Assembly: GCA_964513145.1 (NCBI GenBank)
Contig: CAZELK010000002.1
Coordinates: 65,113-129,112, forward strand
Source of the DNA: Candidatus Woesearchaeota archaeon
Lineage (GTDB): Archaea > Nanobdellota > Nanobdellia > SCGC-AAA011-G17 > JACPIM01
Reading direction: 5' to 3'
Length of the DNA: 64,000 bases
The position numbers and the translations under genes were made by a program. This document shows, one piece after another, positions 1-10,235 of this stretch. A model generated the notes under the pieces. That model did no database searches and was not told the origin of the DNA. It saw only the letters and a list, made by a program, of their open reading frames with translations. Every line of letters starts with the position of its first letter. Position 1 is the first letter of the stretch.

Positions 1-246
1 AACTATATCATATTTAGCCATCTTTAAGCCAAGATTTCGTTGAAAAGAAACATTTCTTTTATCAGATTTAAAGATTCTTAAATCTAATTTTTTATTAAAT
101 CTTTTAGCATTAAAAACAGTATTGTCATCTGAGTCAGCATCAACCATAATAACTTCAAAATTTTTAAAGGTCTGTTTGCTTAAGCATTCCAATAGGCAAT
201 GTATATAGTTTTCTTCATTTAAAGTAGGTATTACAATAGATAACAT
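1..246 (-). CDS. Glycosyltransferase family 2, N-terminal part (runs off window edge)
   Basis: Manual translation of minus strand from ATG at 246: MLSIVIPTLNEENYI...EVIMVDADSDDNT...RNLGLKMAKYDIV, the classic GT2 N-terminus; not in ORF track. Confidence 0.8.
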   Translation of the reverse strand, partial: MLSIVIPTLNEENYIHCLLECLSKQTFKNFEVIMVDADSDDNTVFNAKRFNKKLDLRIFKSDKRNVSFQRNLGLKMAKYDIV

Positions 247-302
247 AATTAAAAAAGTCTAACAATATTTATAAATATATTTAAGAATTATATAAGTAAA
301 AG

Positions 303-1550
303 ATGGTAAATATTTATAGTTCGGTAATTTATTACCTATCGTTTTTTGGACTTTTTGCTACTATCTTTTATACTATTAATTTATACTCTTATTACAAAAA
401 ATATAATTATCAAGAAGCCGAAGATAAAACAGTTAGTGTAATTATACCAGCTTATAATGAAGAAGAAAGTATTGAAAAAACGATAAAATCAGCATTATCA
501 TTAAATTACCAAAAAGATAAAATAGAAATAATGATTATAGATGATGGAAGTAAAGATAAGACTTATGAAATAGCAAAGAGATTTAGTTCGAGAAAAGATC
601 CCAAAGTTAAAGTATTAACAAAATCAAATGGTGGAAAAGGTTCTGCCTTAAATTTTGGTATTAAGCACTCTAAAGCGGAAATAATAGTGACTATGGATGC
701 GGATACATTTGCAGAGAAAGATTCGTTAAGAAAAATGGTGGGATATTTTTATAACAAAGATATTACAGCAGTAACACCATCAATGGGAGTATATAAACCT
801 AAAAATATATGGCAAAAAATTCAACAAATTGAATATGCTATGGGTGTCTTTCTAAGAAAATCTTTTTCTACTATAAATGCTATACATGTAACACCTGGTG
901 CTTTCTCAGCTTACAGAAGAGACTTTTTTGAAACATTTGGGGGTTATGATGAAAAAAATATTACAGAAGATCTAGAAATTGCTCTAAGAATACAAAGTAA
1001 GAATCTAAAAATTGAAAACGCTTCAAAAGCTATAGCTTATACAATTGCTCCAAATAGTTTTAAAACCCTACTTATCCAAAGAAGAAGATGGTATTCGGGA
1101 TTAATAAAGAATTTATGGAGCTATAAAAGTTTATTTGGTCCGAGAAAAGGCTCTTTAGGGATATTAGTTCTTCCGATGGCTATAATAACCATTATATTCC
1201 CAACAGCACTAACAACTTACTTAATAACCCAAAGAATAATAAAAATAAAAAATGATTTATCTTACTTAAGCTCAATAAACTATAAATTTAACAATATATT
1301 AGATTTAAATTATTATATAATCGAAAATTATTTGTTTAATCTTTTTAGTCAACCGATATTTTTATTAACTATTTTGTTTTGTACAATTATAATTTTATAT
1401 ATTTACTTTTCAAAGAAAAACAATTTAAAGTTAGATGGTATAAAAATAAATTTCTTTTTATTTATTATGTGTTATTCCATATTATTAGCGATTTGGTGGA
1501 TAATTTCTTTTATTTACATTTTAACAAATAAGAAAATATCATGGAGATAA
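303..1550 (+). CDS. Processive-type membrane glycosyltransferase family 2 (PgaC/CesA-like)
   Basis: VIIPAYNEE, IDDGS, GKGSALN, DAD, TEDLE and QRRRW motifs; N- and C-terminal TM segments. Confidence 0.85.
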   Translation: MVNIYSSVIYYLSFFGLFATIFYTINLYSYYKKYNYQEAEDKTVSVIIPAYNEEESIEKTIKSALSLNYQKDKIEIMIIDDGSKDKTYEIAKRFSSRKDPKVKVLTKSNGGKGSALNFGIKHSKAEIIVTMDADTFAEKDSLRKMVGYFYNKDITAVTPSMGVYKPKNIWQKIQQIEYAMGVFLRKSFSTINAIHVTPGAFSAYRRDFFETFGGYDEKNITEDLEIALRIQSKNLKIENASKAIAYTIAPNSFKTLLIQRRRWYSGLIKNLWSYKSLFGPRKGSLGILVLPMAIITIIFPTALTTYLITQRIIKIKNDLSYLSSINYKFNNILDLNYYIIENYLFNLFSQPIFLLTILFCTIIILYIYFSKKNNLKLDGIKINFFLFIMCYSILLAIWWIISFIYILTNKKISWR

Positions 1551-2240
1551 ATGGAGTCCATAAATATAAAGAAAGATCCGAGTTTATTAAAGTATATTAT
1601 ATCTTTTTTAATAACAACTATAATATTTACATTAATATTTATATTTGCTTACTCAATATCATATATAAACTATCAAAGACTTTCTTATGAAAATAATTTA
1701 ATTAAAGATAATCTTCTCAAACTCGATGAAATATCAACTCTGTTTGAAGATGAAATAAATTGTAGTAACAAAATACTTCTTGAATCATCAAGAAGGCTAG
1801 ATTTTTCTGGAGATAAAATAAATATATTAGAAACAAAATTTGAGAAAGAAGATAAAAGAGTAATAGAACAGAAAAAGATTTATACTCAACTAGAACTAAA
1901 GCATTTTAATATAATTAAAAAATTAAACTTAGTATGTGAAGGGAATTTTATAACCATCTTGTTTTTTTATTCAAATAAAGATGAAAATAAAGATAAAAAT
2001 GAAAAAATAAGCTTTATATTAAGCGCATTTAAAGAAGAAAGTCCTGAAAGAGCAATGATCTATTCATTTGACGACAACTTAGACTTTGATATTATTAAAA
2101 AATTAAAAGAAAGATATAATATAAAAAAAATACCAATAATAATAGTAAATGAAGAAGATTTAATAGAACTGAATAATATCAATTTATTAACAAATTATTT
2201 AAAGCAGAATATAACAAAAGGAGTTAAAAATGGGTTGTGA
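1551..2240 (+). CDS. Hypothetical membrane-anchored protein, possible thioredoxin-like C-terminal fold without CxxC
   Basis: Single N-terminal TM helix; C-terminal FFYSN...IYSFD...IPIIIVNE pattern. Confidence 0.55.
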   Translation: MESINIKKDPSLLKYIISFLITTIIFTLIFIFAYSISYINYQRLSYENNLIKDNLLKLDEISTLFEDEINCSNKILLESSRRLDFSGDKINILETKFEKEDKRVIEQKKIYTQLELKHFNIIKKLNLVCEGNFITILFFYSNKDENKDKNEKISFILSAFKEESPERAMIYSFDDNLDFDIIKKLKERYNIKKIPIIIVNEEDLIELNNINLLTNYLKQNITKGVKNGL

Positions 2241-2679
2241 TTTATGCGGCAGTAATAGTGATTTATTTTCTTCTATTATAGAAAATAGTTTGATGAATGT
2301 CTGCCAAAGATGCTTGAAATTCGGAAAAAAAGTTGAGAGGAACAAAAATTTTAATGTTAATGAAGTAATAAAAAGAAAGCCTAAAGAAGAAACAGTAATT
2401 TTAAGAGATAATTATAATTTGTTAATAAAAGAAAATAGGGAAAAACAAAAGTTAACCCAGGATAAATTAGCTGAAAAATTAAATGAAAAAGTTTCATTAA
2501 TACAAAAAGTCGAGAATAAAGAAATAATACCAAGTGATGAATTCGTGAAAAAACTTGAGAATTTCTTTCATATAAAATTATTTGAAAAATATAAGGAAGA
2601 TCATGAAATGAAATTGAATTTTCAAAGTGGTGCTTTAACAATTGGAGACTTGTTAAGATTAAAAAAGAGAAATCAATAA
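2230..2679 (+). CDS. mbf1: Archaeal multiprotein bridging factor 1 (Zn ribbon + HTH)
   Basis: CDLCG...VCQRC Zn ribbon, [26 protein letters not shown]-terminal LTIGDL. Confidence 0.85.
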   Translation: MGCDLCGSNSDLFSSIIENSLMNVCQRCLKFGKKVERNKNFNVNEVIKRKPKEETVILRDNYNLLIKENREKQKLTQDKLAEKLNEKVSLIQKVENKEIIPSDEFVKKLENFFHIKLFEKYKEDHEMKLNFQSGALTIGDLLRLKKRNQ

Positions 2680-2713
2680 GTTTCATAAATACTTTTCACA
2701 AAAGTGTTCTAAA

Positions 2714-3325
2714 ATGGTTACAATGAACAAAAAAGAACTGGCAATAAATCTGTCTAAATTAAATATATTAGAAGAATTTAATGTTAACCTGGAACAATAT
2801 CAGTCTGAAGGCGAGTTAGCTGGCAATATTTTATGGGAAGCCTTCTTAAATAATGACGTAAAAGATAAAATAATAGCTGACCTCGGTTGCGGAAATGGAA
2901 TCTTTGGCATAGGTGCTTTATTATTGGGTGCAAAGAAAGTTTTTTTTATAGACCTAGATAAAAATGCAATACAAATAACTAAAGATAATTATAAAAGATT
3001 AAAATTAAATAATGGAAAATTCATAAATTCACCAATATCAGAATTCAATCAAAAAGTTGATACTGTCATTATGAATCCGCCGTTTGGAGTTCAAAATGAA
3101 CATAGTGACAGGGAATTTCTTGAAAAGGCCTTTAAAATAAGCAAGTCTATTTATTCAATACATAAAATAGAAAGCAAAAAATTCATTAAAAAGATTTCTG
3201 AAAAATTTTATTTTAAAGTAATTAAAATTTATAAGCTTGATTTTTTGATTAAAAAAACATACAACTTTCATAAAAGTGATAGATATTATGTTAAAACTGG
3301 TTGCTGGCATTTAAGAAAAGAATAA
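2714..3325 (+). CDS. METTL5-family RNA N6-adenine methyltransferase
   Basis: [18 protein letters not shown] motif I, NPPFG motif IV. Confidence 0.85.
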   Translation: MVTMNKKELAINLSKLNILEEFNVNLEQYQSEGELAGNILWEAFLNNDVKDKIIADLGCGNGIFGIGALLLGAKKVFFIDLDKNAIQITKDNYKRLKLNNGKFINSPISEFNQKVDTVIMNPPFGVQNEHSDREFLEKAFKISKSIYSIHKIESKKFIKKISEKFYFKVIKIYKLDFLIKKTYNFHKSDRYYVKTGCWHLRKE

Positions 3326-3349
3326 ATACAGTGAAAATTTTAAAATGAT

Positions 3350-3709
3350 ATGAAAAATAATAAACTTTTGATTTTGGTTTTAATTATATCGTTTCTTGTC
3401 GGTTTTTTAATAAGAGGTCAAATTACAAGCAATATAATTTTAGACAAAGAACTAGATAAGAAAATAATAATTCTAGATACATGTATTTACCAGACTAGAA
3501 CCGGTGTAAATATAATTCCAAATAAGGAAATTTGTTGTAAATCAATAAAAGAATTTTTCAAATGTGATTCAATTGATGAAACAGAAATAGAATATGGTAA
3601 CTATTATACTAAAATTAACAGGCAATGTTATAATGACAAAGATTCGGAATTAAAAGTTTATTTCAGAGAAGGTTTGGAGAACTTCTGTAAAAATGAAGGC
3701 TATCTATAA
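3350..3709 (+). CDS. Hypothetical exported/membrane-anchored protein with Cys pairs
   Basis: N-terminal hydrophobic helix followed by ITSNI; several Cys. Confidence 0.5.
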   Translation: MKNNKLLILVLIISFLVGFLIRGQITSNIILDKELDKKIIILDTCIYQTRTGVNIIPNKEICCKSIKEFFKCDSIDETEIEYGNYYTKINRQCYNDKDSELKVYFREGLENFCKNEGYL

Positions 3710-4721
3710 AATAATTATTATATTATTCTTTTTAATAATAATCAATTCATGTGCAAGAAATAATTATGATGCCGTAAAAATAAAAGAAGTTAGATTTTCT
3801 GATCTATCACTAAGAGATAAAATTGGGCAGATGTTAATAATAGAGGGAAAAGAAGAAAATTTGGATGATGTTGCAAAATTAAATATTGGTGGTATTTTTT
3901 TCTTTGCTTTGAAAAACGAAAAAACGTATAAAAATTTAATAAATAAATTTCAAGAAAATTCTCATTACAGTCTCTTTATATCTACAGATTTAGAGGGGTG
4001 TGTTAATATGTTGGAAAACGTAAAAAAATTTAGATACTTTAATGAGATAGAAACAAGCAGAGAAGCTTATGAACTAGGTTTAGAAATGGGAAAATTATTG
4101 AAGAGACTTGGATTTAATTTAAATTTTGCCCCAGTTTTGGATTTAAAGGATACAATTTGGAATTGCAGATCTTTTACTGGGTCAACAGAAGAGATTAAAG
4201 ACAAGGGGTTTGCATTTATTAAAGGCCTGCAATCAACAGGAATTCTCGGAACTATAAAACATTTCCCTGGCAGAACCTTGGACATTGACGATACGCACAA
4301 AATAGAAACCAAGGCAATTATTTCAAAAGAAGATTTATTTCCATTCTATCATCTTGAAAATATAACTAAAGTAATAATGATAAATCACCTAATAGTAGAC
4401 GGAGAAATAAACAGCAGCAATCTTCCGTCATCAATTTCACCCAAAGTTATTAACAATATTAAGGATAGAGGATATCAAAATTTAATAATAACTGATGATT
4501 TAAAAATGAGAGGTGTGAGTGAAAGATTTTCAGATAAATATGAAGTATATGTAGCTGCAATTAATGCTGGAAATGATTTGTTATTAAATGTCTATGAAAA
4601 AGACCCTGAAAAAGCAATAAATTATATTGAAACTGCAGTAAAGGAAAAGAGAATAAATCAAATTTTAATAGACCAGGCAGTTAGAAAAATATTCAAAGCT
4701 AAAGATATAACTATTCTCTAA
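3693..4721 (+). CDS. Glycoside hydrolase family 3, single-domain NagZ-like beta-N-acetylhexosaminidase, probable lipoprotein
   Basis: KIGQML, STDLEG, FAPVLD, KHFPG, DTH dyad and ITDDL nucleophile motifs; N-terminal IIINSC lipobox-like signal. Confidence 0.85.
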   Translation: MKAIYKIIIILFFLIIINSCARNNYDAVKIKEVRFSDLSLRDKIGQMLIIEGKEENLDDVAKLNIGGIFFFALKNEKTYKNLINKFQENSHYSLFISTDLEGCVNMLENVKKFRYFNEIETSREAYELGLEMGKLLKRLGFNLNFAPVLDLKDTIWNCRSFTGSTEEIKDKGFAFIKGLQSTGILGTIKHFPGRTLDIDDTHKIETKAIISKEDLFPFYHLENITKVIMINHLIVDGEINSSNLPSSISPKVINNIKDRGYQNLIITDDLKMRGVSERFSDKYEVYVAAINAGNDLLLNVYEKDPEKAINYIETAVKEKRINQILIDQAVRKIFKAKDITIL

Positions 4722-4784
4722 TGGGATAATTTGTGCTAAAAGCCTAACGAAAGTTTTAAAAATGCCGGTTTAAATAACAAATTC

Positions 4785-5057
4785 ATGGAATTAAAAATTA
4801 TAGAATATAGCAAAACAAAGCTTAAATTTAATATTTTGGGCGAGGATCATACATTTGCAAATATATTAAGAAAAGAGCTTTGGAATGACAAAAATACTGA
4901 GAAAGCAGGTTATAGTTTGGAGCATGCACTTGTTACTTCTCCATTATTTTTTTTGGAAACAACAGGAAAAGATCCCAAAGAGATAATGGAAAATGCAGTT
5001 AAGAGGTTGGTAAAACTTAATGAAAGTTTAACAACCAATATAAAAAAATTATTTTAA
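4785..5057 (+). CDS. rpoL: RNA polymerase subunit Rpo11 (L)
   Basis: GEDHTFANILRKEL...AGYSLEH motif. Confidence 0.9.
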   Translation: MELKIIEYSKTKLKFNILGEDHTFANILRKELWNDKNTEKAGYSLEHALVTSPLFFLETTGKDPKEIMENAVKRLVKLNESLTTNIKKLF

Positions 5058-5599
5058 TGAAAAAATTTTTAAAAAAAGTTTGGTATTTTATATGGTATGA
5101 GGACTCATTGTTATCATGGATAATTAATGTTCTTCTTGCTTTTATAATTGTAAAATTTCTTATTTATCCCGGGTTGGGCTTTGTACTTGGAACAACCCAC
5201 CCGTTAGTAGCTGTTGTGAGTTGTTCAATGGAACATAACACTGATTTTGAGACTTGGTGGAATTTAAATAAAAACTGGTATGAAAAGCAAGGAGTATCAA
5301 AAGATCAGTTTGCTAGTTTTCCTTTTAAAAATGGAATAAATCAGGGTGATATCATGGTTCTGGCTAATGGCGGGGAGTTGGAACTAGGTGATGTAATTGT
5401 ATTTAACAGCCAAAGTACAAACCCAATTATTCATAGAATAGTTAATATAAAAAATTTACAGACAAAAGGAGATAATAATCAAATACCTGACAGCAATACT
5501 GGTGATGTTATAGGAAAAGCAGTATTTAAAATACCTTATTTTGGCTGGGTAAAAATATTTTTTAATGGCATAATTGGACAAAAGATTATTAAATGTTAA
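5057..5599 (+). CDS. Archaeal signal peptidase I (Sec11 type)
   Basis: VVSCSMEH, IIHRIV, TKGDNN motifs. Confidence 0.85.
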   Translation: MKKFLKKVWYFIWYEDSLLSWIINVLLAFIIVKFLIYPGLGFVLGTTHPLVAVVSCSMEHNTDFETWWNLNKNWYEKQGVSKDQFASFPFKNGINQGDIMVLANGGELELGDVIVFNSQSTNPIIHRIVNIKNLQTKGDNNQIPDSNTGDVIGKAVFKIPYFGWVKIFFNGIIGQKIIKC

Positions 5600-5619
5600 C
5601 AAAGTATAAAAAATAGAAA

Positions 5620-5940
5620 ATGTTATTTTGCGAAAAATGTGGCAATTTAATCGTGCCAAGAAAAGATGGAAAGAAAGTTGAGATTAGTTGTACATGTGGT
5701 TTCATTCCAAAAAAAAGACCTGACTTAATTTTAAAAGAGGAAGTAAAGCTTGATAAAAAAGATGAAATAGAAGTTGTAGATAAAAAAATTGAAATTCTGC
5801 CCAAAACAAATGAAGAATGTCCGAAATGCAGGTATAAAGAAGCTTACTATTGGTTAGTTCAGACAAGAGCATCAGATGAAGCCTCGACCAGATTTTTTAA
5901 ATGTGTAAAATGCTCATATACTTGGAGAGCTTACTCCTAA
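5620..5940 (+). CDS. tfs: Transcription factor S
   Basis: Two Zn ribbons and QTRASDEASTRFFKC acidic hairpin. Confidence 0.9.
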   Translation: MLFCEKCGNLIVPRKDGKKVEISCTCGFIPKKRPDLILKEEVKLDKKDEIEVVDKKIEILPKTNEECPKCRYKEAYYWLVQTRASDEASTRFFKCVKCSYTWRAYS

Positions 5941-6011
5941 TCCATATTTTCTAAAAAATAATTTTACAAGAATATAAATCTATATAAACTAGGTTTTTCG
6001 TAAGAAGGGCA

Positions 6012-6767
6012 ATGAAATTAATGCTAAACGATCCAAAATTAATGAGCGATAGTGTTTCTGTAATTTCTGAGTTAGTCAGTGATGCAAAATTTAAAATTGA
6101 TTCTGAAAAACTTGAATTAATTGCAATGGATCCTGCTAATGTTGCTATGGTTGCTTTTCAAATATTAAGCTCAGCATTTACGGAATATAAAGTAGAAAAA
6201 GAAATAGAGATAGCTTTAAATCTTGATTCTCTTAAGCAGATTTTAAGAAGGTCAAAGCCGAGTGACAATTTAACTATAGAACTTGATGAAGAAAAAAACA
6301 AATTAAATATAAAAATAAAAGGTGATAGCACAAGGACTTTTAGTCTGGGTTTAATTGACTTGGGTGAAAAACAGCATAAAGTTCCAAAATTAACATTTCC
6401 CTTAAGCATCAACACAAGCACCTATATTTTCGACGAAGCTATTGAGGATATGGGGATTTTTGCAGATTCAGTAATATTTAATGTTAATAAAAATAAATTC
6501 ATAATTGAAAGTGAATCACGTATTAATAATGCAAAAGTGGAAATTCCAAATGATGGTGAAACAAAAATTGACTGGTTGTCTGAAAACGAAGAAAATATCA
6601 AAGCAAAATACTCTATTGAATATCTTAAAAAAATCAGCAAGGGTGGAAAATTAGCAGACAATGTAATGCTGCAATTTGGCAATGATTACCCATTAAAAAT
6701 AGAATTTAAAGCAAAAGATAAATTAGATTTAGTTTTTGTTTTAGCTCCAAGAGTCAGCGAAGAATAA
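6012..6767 (+). CDS. pcn: DNA sliding clamp PCNA
   Basis: AMDPANVAMV, KYSIEYL, FVLAPRV. Confidence 0.95.
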   Translation: MKLMLNDPKLMSDSVSVISELVSDAKFKIDSEKLELIAMDPANVAMVAFQILSSAFTEYKVEKEIEIALNLDSLKQILRRSKPSDNLTIELDEEKNKLNIKIKGDSTRTFSLGLIDLGEKQHKVPKLTFPLSINTSTYIFDEAIEDMGIFADSVIFNVNKNKFIIESESRINNAKVEIPNDGETKIDWLSENEENIKAKYSIEYLKKISKGGKLADNVMLQFGNDYPLKIEFKAKDKLDLVFVLAPRVSEE

Positions 6768-6774
6768 TTTTAAA

Positions 6775-8133
6775 TTATACTATTTTCTCTAAATCTGTTG
6801 CTTTTTTAGTTCTATTAATTATTTTTTCAGAATGTTCTTTAAATGAAGTCTCCAATTTATCTAGTTGTCTTCCTGCTAAATCAACTTCACTTGGAGGCAC
6901 TCTTAAGCGAATTGCGAAATGATCATCAGCCATCTCCTCTAAATTAGAAAAATGTTTTTGGTTTTCTGCTTTTAATGTTGTAACTTTTCTACCAGCCTCA
7001 TAAAGAGGCACATCAGAAGGCACGACCTTTGCTGGGTCGGGAAGCAAACAGCATAAGACAGGTATTCCCTTTAATTCGTCTGTTAATGCTGTTTCCAGTT
7101 CTGTTAATCTAAGGGGATTTTTAAAAGTGTTTACAAAATCTTTTTTAAACTCTTTGTCTATGCTTTGTACTCTTTGACCCCTGACCTGTTCTTTTTTAAT
7201 TCCAGAATATTTGAAAGCTAAAATAGAAACATACGGATCTCTTGACATCAAACCTTGTAAAAATTCTTTTGCTTGCTGGGCAAGATGATTTTTTTGGGAG
7301 TTTTTATGATTCCCATTATTAATCTTATTTAAAAGAGTGTCATCTCCCAAATCCCAGATTTCATCTGCAGAAATAATTTCAGCCCTTATCCCTAATTCAA
7401 TAGCTTTCTGCAGGTGTCTTTCATAAGCCATGCTTTCTGGAGACAAATAAACCTCAGTATACATTTTAAAATAAAAATATTGCATTGCTGCCAAAATCCC
7501 AGTTTGATCTAAAGTTTGTTTTGGTGACTTTCTTATATCTACACCGTAATCATCAATAAATGTAAGAAAAGGCAATAAAGATTCCCAGTCCGGAGGGTTC
7601 CAATAATAATCACACATATCCGCATCCATTAAAGTATAGGCTAATTTATCAGCGCCAACACTTTTATCAGTGCAGATTTTTGCCTCTCTTCTTTTGCCTT
7701 GAAACATTTCTTTCAAAAAATCTACACAAGCACCTGAGTATTCTAAAACATCCCTCAATGTTCTTCCCTTTGAATCTTTTTTATCAGAATCTAAAAGAAC
7801 TAAGGCTCTTTTATTGTGATTTATTCCTGTAACTGCCTCTAAAACATATTCAGCAGCATGTGAAAATGGCGGATGTGCCATATCATGAATTTTTGTAAAC
7901 TGAACTATATTATTTCTTGAACCTGGGAGATTGCCTTTTTCTTCTAAATGCTTGCAAATTCTGTCAGCTATATATTTTGCAAAACCAAAATGATTGAAGC
8001 GGGAATGTTTGGCTTGTGGAAAAACATAAGCTACCTGTCCTAATTGCTTATGGTCTGATTGAACCTGAAGTGTAGGATGATTCAGCACAGGGTCATCAAC
8101 TTCAAATCCCCATTGATATTTTGGTTTAGGCAT
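6775..8133 (-). CDS. HD-domain phosphohydrolase, dNTPase/SAMHD1-like
   Basis: KQLG..YVFPQAKHSRFNH, HDMAHPPFSH, ADKLAY, MYTEVY motifs. Confidence 0.8.
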   Translation of the reverse strand: MPKPKYQWGFEVDDPVLNHPTLQVQSDHKQLGQVAYVFPQAKHSRFNHFGFAKYIADRICKHLEEKGNLPGSRNNIVQFTKIHDMAHPPFSHAAEYVLEAVTGINHNKRALVLLDSDKKDSKGRTLRDVLEYSGACVDFLKEMFQGKRREAKICTDKSVGADKLAYTLMDADMCDYYWNPPDWESLLPFLTFIDDYGVDIRKSPKQTLDQTGILAAMQYFYFKMYTEVYLSPESMAYERHLQKAIELGIRAEIISADEIWDLGDDTLLNKINNGNHKNSQKNHLAQQAKEFLQGLMSRDPYVSILAFKYSGIKKEQVRGQRVQSIDKEFKKDFVNTFKNPLRLTELETALTDELKGIPVLCCLLPDPAKVVPSDVPLYEAGRKVTTLKAENQKHFSNLEEMADDHFAIRLRVPPSEVDLAGRQLDKLETSFKEHSEKIINRTKKATDLEKIV

Positions 8134-8253
8134 ATCTCCAAAAAAATTATTTTCTTATTTAAATATTATTATAAAACAAAATAGAAATAAATATGTAACC
8201 AATTAAAGACAAAAGTTTCCTAAAAATAATAATTTAATTTTCTCAAAAAGCTA

Positions 8254-8285
8254 CCAGTTTTGCTTAAGCTTTTTTTGAAAGCTTA
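8254..8285 (-). repeat. Dispersed hairpin-tail element, AAGCTT type, overlapping fttA stop
   Basis: TAAGCTTTCAAAAAAAGCTTAAGCAAAACTGG on minus strand. Confidence 0.8.
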
Positions 8286-10184
8286 TCTTAATCGAATAGC
8301 TTCTAAATTCTTGGGAGATAATGTTTCTAGTTTAGTTAATTTATGCAAAGTAGAAGCTAATTCAAGACATTTTGAACTTTCACCATGACACATAACAAGC
8401 TTTTTTGGTCTTGGTTCCAAATTATTTACAAAATTAATTAATTGTGTTCTGTTGCTGTGCCCTGAAAATCCATGGATAACATGAACATCCATTTTAACTT
8501 CTAAAACTTCTTGTTTATTGCCATTCATAAAAGTAATCTGTCTTTCTCCATCTTCAAGCCTTCTGCCTATAGACCCTGGTCCTTGATAACAAGTCATTAC
8601 TATTGAATTTTTTGCATTGTCTGCTAGCATTTTGAAATATTCTAAAGACGCGCCGCCAGTCAACATTCCTGAAGTTGCTAAAATAACACATGGTCCTTTT
8701 TCTTCTACAACTTCCTGCATTTCTTTTCTTGACCCTACTCTTATAAACATATCAGATAAAAATGGATTTTGATCCTTGTGATAAATTAATTTTCTCACTT
8801 TGGAATTAAAAAAATCTGGATATGCTGTATGTATAGCAGTAATGTCCCAAACCAAACCCTGAACATACACTGGTATTTTTGGTAAAGTTCCTTCTCTAAC
8901 TAGTTTGTCTAAAATAACCATAATTTCTTGTGATCTTCCAGAACCTAAAACAGGAACTAAAACCTTTCCATTTCTTTCTAAAGTTTTTTTGATTATGTCA
9001 GTAAAAAATAATTCACATTCTCTTCTTGTTGGTGGCGTATCATTTTTCCCACCATAAGTAGCTTCCATTATGACAGTTTCTAGTCTTGGAAACCTTGTGT
9101 TTGCTGCTGAAAGCAAGTTGGAATTTTCATACAAAAAGTCGCCTGTATAGGCCAGGTTGTGTAAACCGTTGCCAATATGCAAATGACAAATAGCGCTTCC
9201 TAATTTGTGTCCAGCATCATAAAAAGTTAATCTGACATCTGGAGTAATATCGCTAACTTCTCCATAGTCTAAACATATTGTATGCATCACCATTTCTTTT
9301 ATATCTGAGGAAGAATAAATTGCCTTGTTTGCTTCTTTTTGTGCAATACTTATTAAATCCAAACATAGTAATGCAGCTATGTCTCTTGTTGGCATAGTCA
9401 TAAAAGATGGTCCTTTAAATCCCATTTTATATAAGTAAGGTAAAAAAGCAACATGGTCGACATGCGAATGGGAAATTATTACAGCATCAAGTTCCTCTAT
9501 TTTAAATTCAGGTGCTTCAAGTAATGGAAACATTTCTTCATTTGATTGTGCAGCAACATTTATTCCACAATCAAGTAATATTTTTGATTCCGGGGTTTGT
9601 AAAAATAAGCAGCTTCTTCCAACTTGTCTTCCTGCACCTAAAAAAGTTACTCTGACCCATTCGTCTACTCTTCCTTTTGTCCATCCGCCGTAAATTCTTT
9701 TTCCAACTTTGTTCAAGAATTTTTTCCTGTATTCAGAATTTTCAAATAAAGCATAATTAATAGTTTCAATTAATTTTGATCTTATTGGGGGTGTTCTTCT
9801 GACAATAGGTATCCAAAAAGTTTGTTTTCTTATCTCTCTTAGTACTTCCCCTTGTTTTCCTATAGCAATTCCAGGTTTTTCAACTTCTAAAGTGACTAAA
9901 GATCTTTGATTATCAAATAATAAATTTACTTCGCCAGCGTCTTTTGGTATTATTTCTTTTATTGTTTTTTCAGCTTTTTCAATATCCATTGTAATAGCAG
10001 GGTCTGGTCTTAATTCAACTCTTTTTTTTATAGTGTCAACTATAGTTTTTATAGTACCATTATTGTTCAAGAAAAAATCCTTGTCTTTTGTGTACAAAAC
10101 TATGTTTGCTCCTTCAAAACAAGAATCACTAATCTTAGAGCTATCTGGTATCAGCTTCATTATTTCTTCTAATATGTCTGGCAT
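8283..10184 (-). CDS. fttA: beta-CASP ribonuclease aCPSF1 / transcription termination factor FttA
   Basis: N-terminal KH domains, GAGRQVGRS, HSHVDH, FSGHS motifs; adjacent to proteasome beta. Confidence 0.95.
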   Translation of the reverse strand: MPDILEEIMKLIPDSSKISDSCFEGANIVLYTKDKDFFLNNNGTIKTIVDTIKKRVELRPDPAITMDIEKAEKTIKEIIPKDAGEVNLLFDNQRSLVTLEVEKPGIAIGKQGEVLREIRKQTFWIPIVRRTPPIRSKLIETINYALFENSEYRKKFLNKVGKRIYGGWTKGRVDEWVRVTFLGAGRQVGRSCLFLQTPESKILLDCGINVAAQSNEEMFPLLEAPEFKIEELDAVIISHSHVDHVAFLPYLYKMGFKGPSFMTMPTRDIAALLCLDLISIAQKEANKAIYSSSDIKEMVMHTICLDYGEVSDITPDVRLTFYDAGHKLGSAICHLHIGNGLHNLAYTGDFLYENSNLLSAANTRFPRLETVIMEATYGGKNDTPPTRRECELFFTDIIKKTLERNGKVLVPVLGSGRSQEIMVILDKLVREGTLPKIPVYVQGLVWDITAIHTAYPDFFNSKVRKLIYHKDQNPFLSDMFIRVGSRKEMQEVVEEKGPCVILATSGMLTGGASLEYFKMLADNAKNSIVMTCYQGPGSIGRRLEDGERQITFMNGNKQEVLEVKMDVHVIHGFSGHSNRTQLINFVNNLEPRPKKLVMCHGESSKCLELASTLHKLTKLETLSPKNLEAIRLR

Positions 10185-10235
10185 TTTCTTTGTTTAACTT
10201 GAGAAAAATTTCATTTATTTAAAAATAAAAAATGA

